From an uncultured Candidatus Saccharibacteria bacterium (lineage in GTDB: Bacteria > Patescibacteriota > Saccharimonadia > CAILAD01 > JADZBC01): a DNA stretch of 43,318 nucleotides. Below the pieces are notes generated by a model that was not told where the DNA came from, ran no database searches, and was given only the letters and a program-made list of their open reading frames with translations. Positions 1 to 9,537 of the stretch are shown here, one piece after another (position 1 is the stretch's first letter; the number at the start of each line of letters is the position of its first letter). The translations under genes were made by a program, and so were the position numbers. The DNA is taken from positions 1-43,318 of the forward strand of contig CAZRJR010000001.1 of assembly GCA_964600985.1 (NCBI GenBank), given 5' to 3'.

Positions 1-2
1 TC

Positions 3-767
3 GTGCGCCACTCGCTTTTGCCGCTAGCAGCCACTATGGAGTCGGACTTTTATGGTAGCTACCTAGCGTCGCTCGACCGACTCGAGGCGCTGAACGGCTC
101 AATCGAGAGCCACATAGAGCAGCTACTGCGTTATTTAGACGACGGCAGCGAAGGCGATACATTACGGCTTAGTCGAACTGGCTTTGGTAAGCTCAGTCCC
201 GTAGTACAGCTCAATGTTTTGGTTCACTTGGCTCGCAAGCTCTGCCCAGGGATTGGGCTGTCGAACGCAAACTTAAGTGAGGCACAGAAGTTCTTAGTGA
301 CGGCCAAAACTGGATCTCGCAAGGTGATCGGCGGAGTACTAGAGTTAAAACGCGAATACAATAGACTGATCTTTAGTCCGGTAGCCCTCGACAGCGAAAG
401 GCAACAGCGAAGCGAGGGGAATATGACGCCACTGGGTGCTGGTGGGCACGAGTTTGGTCGCTTCTTAATTAGTATACAGCCCCAGGCGGGTGAGCAAACC
501 TATGCTGAAGCTCGGCTGATCCCCCAGCGATATTATGTACGAAACTGGCTCAAAGGTGATAGAATATACCCTATTGGCCTAAGTGGATCCAAAAAGCTCA
601 GCGACATCTTTATAGATAAAAAAGTTCCGCGAGATGAACGAACGAGCTGGCCGGTAGTTGTAAGCGCCCAGAACGAAGTTGCGTGGGTGCCTGGCTTAGC
701 GCTTGATCGGCGCTTTGCGGCCGGTGCAAGCCAAGACCATTATTATGTAACCTGCGAGGTAATATGA
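3..767 (+). CDS. tilS: tRNA(Ile)-lysidine synthase, C-terminal portion (5' end outside window)
   Basis: The ORF is open at the window edge. It has a TilS C-terminal-type motif, KKLSDIFIDKKVPRDERTSWPVVV..EVAWVPGLALD. Its stop overlaps the ftsH start (ATGA at 764-767), the usual tilS-ftsH neighbourhood. Confidence 0.7.
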   Translation: MRHSLLPLAATMESDFYGSYLASLDRLEALNGSIESHIEQLLRYLDDGSEGDTLRLSRTGFGKLSPVVQLNVLVHLARKLCPGIGLSNANLSEAQKFLVTAKTGSRKVIGGVLELKREYNRLIFSPVALDSERQQRSEGNMTPLGAGGHEFGRFLISIQPQAGEQTYAEARLIPQRYYVRNWLKGDRIYPIGLSGSKKLSDIFIDKKVPRDERTSWPVVVSAQNEVAWVPGLALDRRFAAGASQDHYYVTCEVI

Positions 768-2587
768 AGAAGATACCCAAGAATATACTCTACTCAATCG
801 TAGCTATAGTTGTGCTACTCGTGGCAGTGGTGGCGTTCTCGAACACTACACCAAAGCCAACCGAAGTGTCGCTGAGTAAGGCCATAGAGCAAGTTTCCAA
901 GGGTCAGGTTGATCGAATCGACGTATCGGGTGACAAGCTGATCATAACCCTTAAGGACGGTAGCAAGGAGGCAAGTGTAAAGGAATCTGGTACAAGTCTC
1001 AAGGATTACGGCCTGGACTACACCAAAGTGCGCGTGGTGGTAGAAAACCCCAATAATGATTCTGGCAAGTGGCTCGACATAATTCTCACCGTGCTACCGG
1101 TAGCCTTGATCATTGGCTTCTTCTACTTCATGATGCGCCAGGCTCAGGGTTCCAATAACCAGGCTATGAGCTTTGGCAAGAGTCGCGCGCGGGTGTTTGG
1201 CCTCGAGAAGGGCAAGTTCTTGTTTAAGGACGTAGCGGGTGCAATTGAAGCCAAGCAGGAGTTGCAAGAGATCGTAGAGTTCTTAAAGTACCCCGCTAAA
1301 TTCGAGGCTTTGGGTGCCAAAATTCCCAAGGGCGTACTGCTGTTTGGTAGCCCGGGTACCGGTAAGACTTTGCTGGCTCGCGCTGTAGCTGGTGAGGCCG
1401 ATGTGCCGTTCTTTAGCATTTCTGGCTCGGAGTTCGTAGAGATGTTTGTGGGCGTGGGTGCGAGCCGCGTACGCGACTTGTTTGCCAAGGCCAAAAAGAA
1501 CGCCCCATGCATTATATTTATCGACGAGATTGATGCCGTTGGCCGACAGCGTGGTACTGGTATGGGCGGTGGACACGACGAACGTGAACAGACCCTAAAC
1601 CAGATATTAGTTGAAATGGATGGCTTCGAGCAGGGTACAAATGTGATTGTTATGGCTGCCACCAACCGCCCAGATGTGCTGGACCCAGCATTACTGCGAC
1701 CTGGTCGATTTGATCGCCGCGTGACGCTCGACAAGCCAGACATGAAGGCGCGCGAGGAAATCTTGGGTGTGCATACTGCCAAGAAGCCACTGGCGGCCGA
1801 TGTGGACCTCAAGCAAATAGCGGCCAAGACTCCAGGGGTTTCCGGAGCTGACCTGGCCAACATTGCCAACGAAGCAGCTATTTATGCCGCGCGCCACGAT
1901 CGCAAGAAGATCACCCAATATGATTTAAATGAAGCCGTTGAAAAGATTGCCCTAGGCCCAGAGCGTAAGAGCCACATACTAAACGACAAAGAAAAAGAAG
2001 TTACCGCCTATCACGAGGCTGGCCATGCGCTCCTGTCGCACCTACTACCGTTGTGTGACCCAGTCCACAAAGTCTCGATCGTGTCGCGTGGTATGGCCGG
2101 TGGAGTTACCTGGAGCTTGCCACTCGAAGACAAGCATTATCATTCGGTCGCAGACTTTAAGGACCAAATGGCAATGGCACTTGGGGGCCGAACTGCCGAA
2201 GAAGTGATCTTTGGCGACATTACTACTGGAGCGGAGAGTGATCTTAAGCAAGTTAATGCCATAGCGCATGCCATGGTGACCGAATACGGCATGAGCCCTA
2301 AGCTTTCAAACCGAGTATTTGATAGTTCACAAGGTTCACCATTCTTGGGCCGTAGTTTTGGCGAAGGTCGAAATTACTCGGAAGCAATGGCAGCCGAGAT
2401 CGATGCAGAAGTTGCTAAGTTGGTAGATGAAGCCACTAAGACTGCCCGCAGAGTAATTACCGAGAACAAGCGCCAGTTAGAAAAGATTGCCAAGAAGTTA
2501 ATCGAAGTCGAGACGCTCGAGGGCTCGGCATTTGCTAAGCTGTTCGAGGAAGTCGACGCAAAGGCACCCAAGAAAGCACGTAAGTAA
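764..2587 (+). CDS. ftsH: ATP-dependent zinc metalloprotease FtsH
   Basis: It has an N-terminal TM segment, Walker [18 protein letters not shown], Walker [10 protein letters not shown], and the zinc motif HEAGHAL. It encodes 607 aa. Confidence 0.97.
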   Translation: MKKIPKNILYSIVAIVVLLVAVVAFSNTTPKPTEVSLSKAIEQVSKGQVDRIDVSGDKLIITLKDGSKEASVKESGTSLKDYGLDYTKVRVVVENPNNDSGKWLDIILTVLPVALIIGFFYFMMRQAQGSNNQAMSFGKSRARVFGLEKGKFLFKDVAGAIEAKQELQEIVEFLKYPAKFEALGAKIPKGVLLFGSPGTGKTLLARAVAGEADVPFFSISGSEFVEMFVGVGASRVRDLFAKAKKNAPCIIFIDEIDAVGRQRGTGMGGGHDEREQTLNQILVEMDGFEQGTNVIVMAATNRPDVLDPALLRPGRFDRRVTLDKPDMKAREEILGVHTAKKPLAADVDLKQIAAKTPGVSGADLANIANEAAIYAARHDRKKITQYDLNEAVEKIALGPERKSHILNDKEKEVTAYHEAGHALLSHLLPLCDPVHKVSIVSRGMAGGVTWSLPLEDKHYHSVADFKDQMAMALGGRTAEEVIFGDITTGAESDLKQVNAIAHAMVTEYGMSPKLSNRVFDSSQGSPFLGRSFGEGRNYSEAMAAEIDAEVAKLVDEATKTARRVITENKRQLEKIAKKLIEVETLEGSAFAKLFEEVDAKAPKKARK

Positions 2588-2590
2588 AAA

Positions 2591-3469
2591 TTAAAAAGTA
2601 ACTATGGTTACTTTCTTATCTCGAAAGTCTGGATAAGCGTGCGCAAAGTCGGCCACCCGAGCTGCTTGCCCAGGAGTTGGCTTAGCCTGACCGTTTTTTA
2701 AAGCTGGTCTGGGATAGTATGGTAGTAAGTCCATTTGCAAGAAGAGGCGCTCTAGAGGTTGCCAAATTTTTGCTTGGGTATGCCAAGTAAGGCTATCGAA
2801 TCGAAACAAAATGAGCATTAGCATACTGGCTGCGGTTGAAAGCAAACAGATTACCATGAATGCAATAGGGTCCTGAACGTTAAAACTCAATATAAAGTAG
2901 AGTGTAACAATGTATAGTCCACCTAACGTGGCCCATTCAGATGTAGAAATTCTTTCCTGGAGTAGATTTTGAAGATGATAACGGTCCTCTTGCTCAGGCT
3001 GAAGCAAATCTACAATCTTATCTTTTGCAAACTTTGCCTTCTCGGTTTTTGCCTCAATGCCGAGACAGTATTTGGTAAGTGCAGTGTAGGAGTTGTCGGT
3101 GTTAGCATAATCTGCTAGTACATAGTCAATCTGCTCTACTAGATAATTATCGATAAGCTTTTGGATCTGTTTATGATCTTTTTCGGGTAGTTCAAGCGAG
3201 AGCATATATATAGAGTAAAGCATGCTTGATTCACTTCGGTTCACATCGAATAAATTGTTGTATCTCGTTCTTTGGTTATTTAGGCTAAAGCCAATGAATA
3301 TACTGAATAGAAAGGAAGCTACGCTAAAGAGCGCATTCTGGCCGGGCGTAAGTCCTTTGCCAGGAAAATAATGAACGAACGTCGCAAAGAATATAAGTAT
3401 CACACCGACTTGGATAGTTAGTCGTATATTTGTGATTTTCTCAAATACTCGGACTGCTTTTCTTTTCAT
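2591..3469 (-). CDS. Hypothetical multi-pass membrane protein (2 TM + soluble region + 2 TM; DUF4239-like layout, unverified)
   Basis: This is a long minus-strand ORF. The start was trimmed to the ATG at 3469 (MKRKAVRV) so it does not overrun the murJ start. Four hydrophobic helices are visible. The gene looks visibly AT-richer than its neighbours. Confidence 0.5.
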   Translation of the reverse strand: MKRKAVRVFEKITNIRLTIQVGVILIFFATFVHYFPGKGLTPGQNALFSVASFLFSIFIGFSLNNQRTRYNNLFDVNRSESSMLYSIYMLSLELPEKDHKQIQKLIDNYLVEQIDYVLADYANTDNSYTALTKYCLGIEAKTEKAKFAKDKIVDLLQPEQEDRYHLQNLLQERISTSEWATLGGLYIVTLYFILSFNVQDPIAFMVICLLSTAASMLMLILFRFDSLTWHTQAKIWQPLERLFLQMDLLPYYPRPALKNGQAKPTPGQAARVADFAHAYPDFRDKKVTIVTF

Positions 3470-3547
3470 GCTATGAGTATATACGGTTGGTCTGCGCCGG
3501 TAAACTACAACTGATATCAAGGGTGTTTCCTGGTATAATACGTAACA

Positions 3548-5134
3548 ATGAAGAACATCATTCGTCGGTTTAATAAGCAGCAAACACTCGGGGTAGCTGC
3601 CTTTCTTATCTCGCTCTCGTACTTGCTGAGCCGTGTGCTCGGCTTGGTGAGGGACCGTTTGTTAGCTAGTAACTTTGGTATTGGCCCGGCGACCGATGCA
3701 TATACTGCAGCTTTCCGCATTCCTGACTTGCTCTTTACACTACTTGTGTCTGGTGCGTTTGCTGTGGCATTTATACCGGTGTTTGTAGGCTACCTAGAGA
3801 AGGAGAAACAAAAGGAAGCCTGGGAAGTCGCTAACATAATTGTAAACGGCATTATTTTGGTTACTACCATTTTAGGCATCGTGGCCTGGGTGTTTGCCGT
3901 GCCGTTGGTTAAGGTGATCGCGCCTGGGTTTAACAACGAACAAATTCAACTTACTGCCAGTCTTACGCGGATTATGTTGGCCACGCCGCTGTTGTTTGGG
4001 TTGGCTAACGTGTTTGGGGCTATACAGCAGTCGTTTAATCGGTTCTTAGTTTTTGCCCTCGCGAGCGTGTTTTATAATCTCGGGATTATCTTTGGTATTG
4101 TATTCCTATCCAAGCTATTTACACCATCCATATACGGCGTGGCATGGGGCGTGGTAGCTGGCACTGGCTTGCAGGCACTAGTGCAGTTCGGTGGTGTGTT
4201 GGCACTTGGCTATCGTTATAGTTTCAATGTGCGCTTTCGCCACCCGGCCATAAAGCGCATTGTACTACTTATGATCCCGCGTTCAATTGATCTCGGCATT
4301 GACCAATTTAACGTAATTATCGAAACAGCCATTGGTTCGCATTTGGCAGCTGGTAGCCTCACCTCGTACTACTATGCTAACAACCTACGTAATGTTCCTA
4401 TGGGATTGTTTGGTGGCGCTATTGCTACTGCGGCATTCCCGCGATTAATTCGTGCAGCCAAGTCCAAAGATAAGTCCAAGCTACCATCGGCAATTGTGCG
4501 CAACATTGGTTTAATCGTGTTCCTAACTGTGCCAGCCGCGGCGATCGCCATAATTATGCGCGGCTATATAGTACGCTTACTCTTTGGCTTTGGCGATCAA
4601 ATAACGGCTGATGCTCTGGGTTGGCTGGCGCTTTCGATTGTGGCTCAGAGTGTGTTCTTCTTGGTTGCGCGCGTATTCTACTCACTGGAAGACACCAAAA
4701 CACCACTCTTTACTAGCTTGGCTTCGATTGTGATTAATATAGTGCTTTCTATTACGTTGTCTAAAATATACGGCGTGTCGGGGCTTGCCATGGCGCTCTC
4801 GATTACTACGACCACTGAGCTGCTAATACTAATGTTTATGCTACGGCGCAAAATCGGTGACTATGGCGTTAAGTCCATCTTTGCACAACTTCTAAAAGTT
4901 ACCCTCGCCTCATTGGTAATGGGTGGTGTCATGTACTACTTAGTCAGCCAAGTACTCCCGCTTCTAAAAGGTGATGCGGGCTTTATGGTGGTGGGCACTA
5001 AGTTTGCGATTATATCCGCCGGGGGACTCATGGTGTACTTGCTGGTTGCACGAGTGCTTCGAATTGGTGAGACCGACATAGCCTTCCGCTCACTTAGGCG
5101 GTTAAAATCTAAGGTATTTGCGCTCCATGGATAA
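3548..5134 (+). CDS. murJ: Lipid II flippase MurJ (MviN family)
   Basis: It encodes 528 aa and is polytopic. The N-terminus LSRVLGLVRDRLLASNFG..TDAYTAAFRIPD is typical of MurJ. An extended -10 (TGGTATAAT, 3531-3539) sits 8 nt upstream of the ATG. Confidence 0.9.
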   Translation: MKNIIRRFNKQQTLGVAAFLISLSYLLSRVLGLVRDRLLASNFGIGPATDAYTAAFRIPDLLFTLLVSGAFAVAFIPVFVGYLEKEKQKEAWEVANIIVNGIILVTTILGIVAWVFAVPLVKVIAPGFNNEQIQLTASLTRIMLATPLLFGLANVFGAIQQSFNRFLVFALASVFYNLGIIFGIVFLSKLFTPSIYGVAWGVVAGTGLQALVQFGGVLALGYRYSFNVRFRHPAIKRIVLLMIPRSIDLGIDQFNVIIETAIGSHLAAGSLTSYYYANNLRNVPMGLFGGAIATAAFPRLIRAAKSKDKSKLPSAIVRNIGLIVFLTVPAAAIAIIMRGYIVRLLFGFGDQITADALGWLALSIVAQSVFFLVARVFYSLEDTKTPLFTSLASIVINIVLSITLSKIYGVSGLAMALSITTTTELLILMFMLRRKIGDYGVKSIFAQLLKVTLASLVMGGVMYYLVSQVLPLLKGDAGFMVVGTKFAIISAGGLMVYLLVARVLRIGETDIAFRSLRRLKSKVFALHG

Positions 5135-6902
5135 GACTCGCAACTTTTGTATTATTGCCCACATCGATCATGGCAAGAGCACACTGGCTGATCGTTTAAT
5201 TGAACTTACAGGCACTGTACAGCGGCGCGATATGCAGGCTCAATTGCTCGATAGCATGGAATTGGAGCGTGAAAAAGGAATAACCATTAAGCTGCAGCCG
5301 GTGCGCATGCAGTGGCATGAATACACTCTAAACCTCATAGACACCCCGGGCCACGTGGACTTTAGCTATGAAGTGTCGCGGAGTTTGGCAGCTTGCGAAG
5401 GCGCGCTCTTGGTAGTGGATGCGGCCCAGGGGATTCAGGCGCAGACGCTTGCCAATGTGTACCTCGCGATTGAAGCCAACCTAGCGATTATTCCAGTACT
5501 CAATAAGATTGATTTGCCAGCGGCGGAGCCGGAGCGAGTAGCGGCCGAAATTTCATCGTTAATTGGTTGCGAACCAGATGAAATTATTCGTGTTTCTGCC
5601 AAAGACGGCACGAATGTAGAGCAGGTGCTCGATGCAGTGGTGGCACAAGTACCGGCGCCGAAAGGTAGGGAGGAAGAGCCATTGCGTGCCCTTATATTTG
5701 ACTCGGTATACGATGAATACCGGGGTGTAATTCTCTATATTCGAGTGGTGGACGGTGCACTGGCCGGCGGTCAAACTCTGAGCCTCATGCGCAACGGTAA
5801 GCAAGCTTTGGCCATTGAGACCGGCTACTTTAGTCCCCACAAAATTGCAGCGCCCAGTATAGACTGCGGCAACATTGGCTACGTGGTCACGAATCTTAAA
5901 TCGATTTCTGATGCGCGGGTAGGTGACACGGTTACACTGGCTCGCGAGTCAGCCACTGAGCCACTTCCTGGGTACAAAAAGGTTCGGCCATTTGTGTACG
6001 CCGGTGTGTTTCCTGCTTCGGGCGAGGATTACCCTGCATTACGTGACGCACTCGAGAAGCTCAAGCTAAACGACTCAGCGCTCGAATACACTCCCGAAAC
6101 CTCGGCTGTACTTGGCTTTGGTTTTCGGCTTGGTTTTTTGGGCTTGTTGCATCTTGAGATTGTGCAGGAACGCTTGGAGCGTGAATACAACTTAAGTCTG
6201 GTAATCACAAATCCGTCGGTGGACTACGAGGTGACTACCACCTCAGGCGAGGAGTTGGTGGTAAAAAACGCTGCTGATTTGCCCGATGTCAGCCGCATTA
6301 GCGAAATTCGCGAACCGTGGATTGCTGGCGAAATAGTGGTGCCAAGCCAATACCTAGGCTCGGTCTTGCAGTTAATTAATGCTGCACGGGGTATGCAGAA
6401 GAACCTAAATTATATCGAGGAAATGCTGTGCCTTGTAAGCTTCGAGGCCCCACTGGCAAATGTGCTAACTGACTTTTATGACTCGCTCAAAAGCATTACC
6501 TCGGGCTACGGATCGTTTAACTACGAGGTGAGCGATTATCGCGCCGAGAAGTTGGTAAAGGTAGATGTACTAGTCGGAGGCGAGCTGGTTGATAGCCTAA
6601 GCCTGATCGTACACCGCACGGAAGCTGAGCGCTTGGGGCGTACTATGGTCGAGAAACTCAAAGAAGTAATTCCGCGTCAGCTGTTTGTTATTAGCTTGCA
6701 AGCGGCAATTGGTGGCAAGGTGATTGCCCGCGAGGATGTAAGGGCGATGGGCAAGAATGTGACCGCTAAGCTCTACGGCGGCGATGTAACACGCAAAAAC
6801 AAGCTGCTGGATAAGCAAAAGAAGGGCAAGAAGCGTATGAAGAAGATTGGTAAAGTCGACATCCCGCCAGAAGCATTTATGGTACTAGTAAAGCGCGATT
6901 AG
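5127..6902 (+). CDS. lepA: Elongation factor 4 (LepA)
   Basis: MDKTRNFCIIAHIDHGKSTLADRL, the G-domain DTPGH and NKID motifs, and a LepA-type C-terminus are present. The start was placed at the second in-frame ATG (5127); 5118 is also possible. Confidence 0.95.
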   Translation: MDKTRNFCIIAHIDHGKSTLADRLIELTGTVQRRDMQAQLLDSMELEREKGITIKLQPVRMQWHEYTLNLIDTPGHVDFSYEVSRSLAACEGALLVVDAAQGIQAQTLANVYLAIEANLAIIPVLNKIDLPAAEPERVAAEISSLIGCEPDEIIRVSAKDGTNVEQVLDAVVAQVPAPKGREEEPLRALIFDSVYDEYRGVILYIRVVDGALAGGQTLSLMRNGKQALAIETGYFSPHKIAAPSIDCGNIGYVVTNLKSISDARVGDTVTLARESATEPLPGYKKVRPFVYAGVFPASGEDYPALRDALEKLKLNDSALEYTPETSAVLGFGFRLGFLGLLHLEIVQERLEREYNLSLVITNPSVDYEVTTTSGEELVVKNAADLPDVSRISEIREPWIAGEIVVPSQYLGSVLQLINAARGMQKNLNYIEEMLCLVSFEAPLANVLTDFYDSLKSITSGYGSFNYEVSDYRAEKLVKVDVLVGGELVDSLSLIVHRTEAERLGRTMVEKLKEVIPRQLFVISLQAAIGGKVIAREDVRAMGKNVTAKLYGGDVTRKNKLLDKQKKGKKRMKKIGKVDIPPEAFMVLVKRD

Positions 6903-7073
6903 TCCTTAGGCTTGCCGAATAATTCTTGATGTGTCACAATACCACTCGTCCTAGTTTGCGCACAGAATAGAGAATAGATGGCAGTTGATAGTGAAGGTAA
7001 CGAGGAAGAGTTGATTCTTGACCTGCCCGGAACGCTTCGAAGTAGTTCACGAGGCAGTCTTCCGAGCAGTCGA

Positions 7074-7331
7074 GGAGGGTGCTGTTTCGAAGGGATTGAT
7101 GGCACAGCGTGGGCTCAGGCGGTGAAGTCGAAGACTGCTGCCGAAGTGCAACCCAAGCACAATGGCTGACAACGAGTTATGTGGTTGCCCCAAGTGCAGC
7201 TGCGTAACAGTCGAAGAGTGCCTCGATCCTCGCTCGCGGTGCGAGCATCATGGCGCGTGCCATCGTAGTGATGCGGTGCGTACCGCAGATCATTACGTGG
7301 CATTGGAAACGGTTGATCCGTTCACCCTCCA
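7074..7331 (+). ncRNA. Unclassified structured-RNA candidate with some tmRNA-like traits; class not established
   Basis: No SD-preceded ORF is present in any frame. An 8-bp end pairing joins GGAGGGTG (7074-7081) to CACCCTCC (7323-7330). Local hairpins lie at 7229-7245, 7250-7263 and 7273-7286. The 5' end TTTCGAAGGGATTGATGG resembles a tmRNA 5' region, and a short frame ends GCA GCT GCG TAA (7196-7207). Arguing against tmRNA, position 3 pairs A-U rather than G-U, and the T-arm-like hairpin has only a 5-nt loop. Confidence 0.25.
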
Positions 7332-7340
7332 GCCAGTCCA

Positions 7341-7406
7341 GGGGTGAGGCGCTCAAGGGCGCCTCACCCCTCCGGCCCCAGGATTTCCTGGGGTTCTTTG
7401 ATTCTT
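7341..7406 (+). terminator. Tandem intrinsic terminators
   Basis: A perfect 12-bp hairpin, GGGGTGAGGCGC-tcaagg-GCGCCTCACCCC, spans 7341-7370. It is followed by CCCCAGG-attt-CCTGGGG (7376-7393) and then TTCTTTGATTCTT. Confidence 0.65.
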
Positions 7407-7455
7407 GAAAATCCGTCATCTTAAGCTTATGCTTATAGCATAACTAGGAAGTACC

Positions 7456-8103
7456 ATGGTAACACAGAAGCCCAAAGAACCGATTACAAAAACCCAAGAG
7501 CAAGAGGGCCAGTCGAAGGGAGAGAACGTTGGCAAGATAGTTATCATTTCTCTTATAGTAACTTTGCTGGTGGTACTTCCGGCATTGGGCACATGGTATT
7601 GGCAATCAACAAATGCTAAGCGCGAACAGGCAGTTCTGCAAAAGAAAATCGACCAGCTTACGATGGACAAACAAGCCTTAGAGGAAGCTGCCAAGAAGAC
7701 TCAATCGGCTAAGGTTGCGGCGGCTCCAGTCTGCCCGAGCCTAACCAGCACCCAGATTAATAACATACATGCGGCTATAGAGAGCGGCAACACGGCTGCG
7801 CTGGATAGTCTTATGACCAGTTCAGTTAGCTTCGACGCTGCGGCCAGTGGCAAAACAGGTAGCGAAACCAAGGTCGCTGCCATAAGTGATCTCTCCAGCT
7901 TCTTGGTTGGCGTGAATGCGAGCTGGGACTGGAATATCACCTCGCCAACACTAGCCGCCTATAAGAATGGTAGCTATAAGCTGTACTTAGCCGACGACAC
8001 AATTTATGGTGCAAGCATCGACAAGCACTTTATAAGTATGCGTGTCACTTGTGGCAAAATTGACCAAATCTTTGTGGCTGCGAACACTGATTTACTGCCA
8101 TAG
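7456..8103 (+). CDS. Hypothetical membrane-anchored protein (N-terminal TM, coiled-coil stretch, C-terminal globular part)
   Basis: An AGGAAG SD lies upstream of the ATG. The TM helix is IVIISLIVTLLVVLPALGTWYW. No family was recognised. Confidence 0.55.
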   Translation: MVTQKPKEPITKTQEQEGQSKGENVGKIVIISLIVTLLVVLPALGTWYWQSTNAKREQAVLQKKIDQLTMDKQALEEAAKKTQSAKVAAAPVCPSLTSTQINNIHAAIESGNTAALDSLMTSSVSFDAAASGKTGSETKVAAISDLSSFLVGVNASWDWNITSPTLAAYKNGSYKLYLADDTIYGASIDKHFISMRVTCGKIDQIFVAANTDLLP

Positions 8104-8177
8104 TAGCGGTTGATTATCGCAGTTTACTTCTGGAATCCGCCATGATACGATGTAGGATAAGTAAGGAGTGAGGTGAA

Positions 8178-8354
8178 ATGGAAATTTTTGGACTTGGCAT
8201 GGGTGAACTAATTGTTATCGCCATCATACTCGTTCTACTTGTGGGTGCGAAAAAGCTACCTGAGCTTGGTCGAAGCATTGGTATGTTTGGTAGGGAAGTC
8301 AAAAAGGGTCTTGGCCCAGAGGATGACACAGATAAGAAAAAACAAGACAAGTAA
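8178..8354 (+). CDS. tatA: Sec-independent translocase subunit TatA/E (58 aa; too short for the supplied ORF track)
   Basis: Hand translation gives MEIFGLGMGELIVIAIILVLLVGAKKLPELGRSIGMFGREVKKGLGPEDDTDKKKQDK. An AAGGAGTGAGG SD lies upstream. The gene sits directly before tatC. Confidence 0.85.
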   Translation: MEIFGLGMGELIVIAIILVLLVGAKKLPELGRSIGMFGREVKKGLGPEDDTDKKKQDK

Positions 8355-8412
8355 TTGTCTGTAGGTATGGGCTAAGATTAGCCTATACAAAAAGAGGGTG
8401 GCAAAAGTCAGC

Positions 8413-9483
8413 ATGTCTAAGGCGGATAATGATATCAAGACTATACGGGAGCACTTAACTGAGCTTAGGAGTAGGTTGTTTTGGGTTGCGCTCGTATTCG
8501 GTATTGGTGCAGCCATTGGGTTTGTCGCGAACCACACCATTACTTCGTGGCTCATACGTCCACTCGGGCAATCACTATACTTTTCGACTCCATCTGGCGG
8601 CCTCGACTTTATTGTGTCGATTTCTTGTATTGTGGGCCTGGTGGTGGCGCTACCAATTATTATTTACCAAGTAGTAGAGTTTATTCGACCAGCTCATCCG
8701 GGCCTCCAAGACTTGCGTCCGTTCAGGATTGTGCTGTTGGCGAGTGTGTGTGCGGCCTCAGGCATAACCTATGCCTACTACTTTGGTATTCCGGCTGCTT
8801 TGCACTTTTTGATCAACTTTGCTGGCCAAGACGTGAAGCCACTCCTGAATGCTAGCTCGTACATGAACTTCGTGATCATGTATTTAGCGGGCGCTGCTTT
8901 GGTGTTTCAGATCCCACTTTTAATTGGCATTAGCAACAAGATCACGCCACTCAAGCCGGGTAGTCTGTCCAAGCTGCAACGGCCGGTAATACTCGGAGCA
9001 GTAATTGTAGCTGGAATTATTACTCCTACGCCAGATCCTGTAAACCAAATGCTCTTAGCACTACCGCTGATTGCATTGTTTGAGTGTACGGCTTTCTACT
9101 TCTGGCAAAAGCGGCTAAGTAGTGAGCGAAAGGCCCGTCGCAGAATGGCGAAACAAATCTCTCAGTCTCCTGAGCCAACATCGCCCTTGCCGAACATTGA
9201 GTTTAATCCTGCCCCTGCACAAACCTACGACCCACCGATAACTGTTGCTCCTGTGCGGCAGCCAGTTGTTGAGTCGTCATTACAGCCTGCTCCTGTAGAG
9301 ACGGTAGAATTTATACCGCCATCGTCCGATTCGATTCGTCGTGTGCGACCCAGTATACTGCGATTGGCCGAAGATACAGCGGCAAGTAATGCAGCTTACG
9401 AGAAACAAAAGCTGACGCAGTCAAGCCAACCAGAGAAAAGTGTTTTTTACGACGTCCGTCCTCCACTTCAGCCAGCCAGCTGA
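8413..9483 (+). CDS. tatC: Sec-independent translocase TatC with a long Pro-rich C-terminal extension
   Basis: The N-terminus REHLTELRSRLFWV and six TM segments are typical of TatC. The start is either ATG 8413 or GTG 8398. A tail of roughly 120 aa, rich in P/S/Q, follows the last TM. Confidence 0.85.
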   Translation: MSKADNDIKTIREHLTELRSRLFWVALVFGIGAAIGFVANHTITSWLIRPLGQSLYFSTPSGGLDFIVSISCIVGLVVALPIIIYQVVEFIRPAHPGLQDLRPFRIVLLASVCAASGITYAYYFGIPAALHFLINFAGQDVKPLLNASSYMNFVIMYLAGAALVFQIPLLIGISNKITPLKPGSLSKLQRPVILGAVIVAGIITPTPDPVNQMLLALPLIALFECTAFYFWQKRLSSERKARRRMAKQISQSPEPTSPLPNIEFNPAPAQTYDPPITVAPVRQPVVESSLQPAPVETVEFIPPSSDSIRRVRPSILRLAEDTAASNAAYEKQKLTQSSQPEKSVFYDVRPPLQPAS

Positions 9484-9486
9484 AAT

Positions 9487-9514
9487 TTGATTGTACTTAT
9501 GGTTGTGCTATAAT
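9487..9514 (+). promoter_or_regulatory. Sigma70-like promoter TTGATT-N16-TATAAT
   Basis: The hexamers lie at 9487-9492 and 9509-9514, upstream of the SD-led ORF at 9538. Confidence 0.5.
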
Positions 9515-9537
9515 AGGCTCAATCTGAGGAGGGTTTT

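Noticed and set aside
1144-1869. A 241-aa antisense ORF inside ftsH, plus similar shadows at 1283-1576 and 1691-1918.
   Set aside because: It lies opposite a high-confidence FtsH frame. The composition is Ser/Pro/Ala/Arg-rich and low in complexity. There is no SD or promoter. This is a typical antisense shadow ORF.
7074-7335. A firm call of tmRNA (ssrA).
   Set aside because: The acceptor-like helix has A3-U70 instead of the universally required G3-U70. The T-arm analogue has a 5-nt loop, CCA is not encoded, and the length of about 260 nt would be very short. The region is reported only as an unclassified RNA candidate.
7162-7347. A Cys-rich 61-aa ORF (MADNELCGCPKCSCV...) considered as a RiPP precursor or metallothionein-like peptide.
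   Set aside because: It has no SD and no leaderless-type -10 box at the right spacing. It lies within a region where all six frames are open for 60-80 codons because of high GC and structure. No modifying enzymes lie adjacent. It is kept only as part of the ncRNA-candidate finding.
6903-7406. RNase P RNA or SRP RNA in the lepA-downstream region.
   Set aside because: I could not find the GGAAAGUCC / ACAGAA P4 strands on either strand. I also could not find the SRP domain IV GGAA-tetraloop motif.
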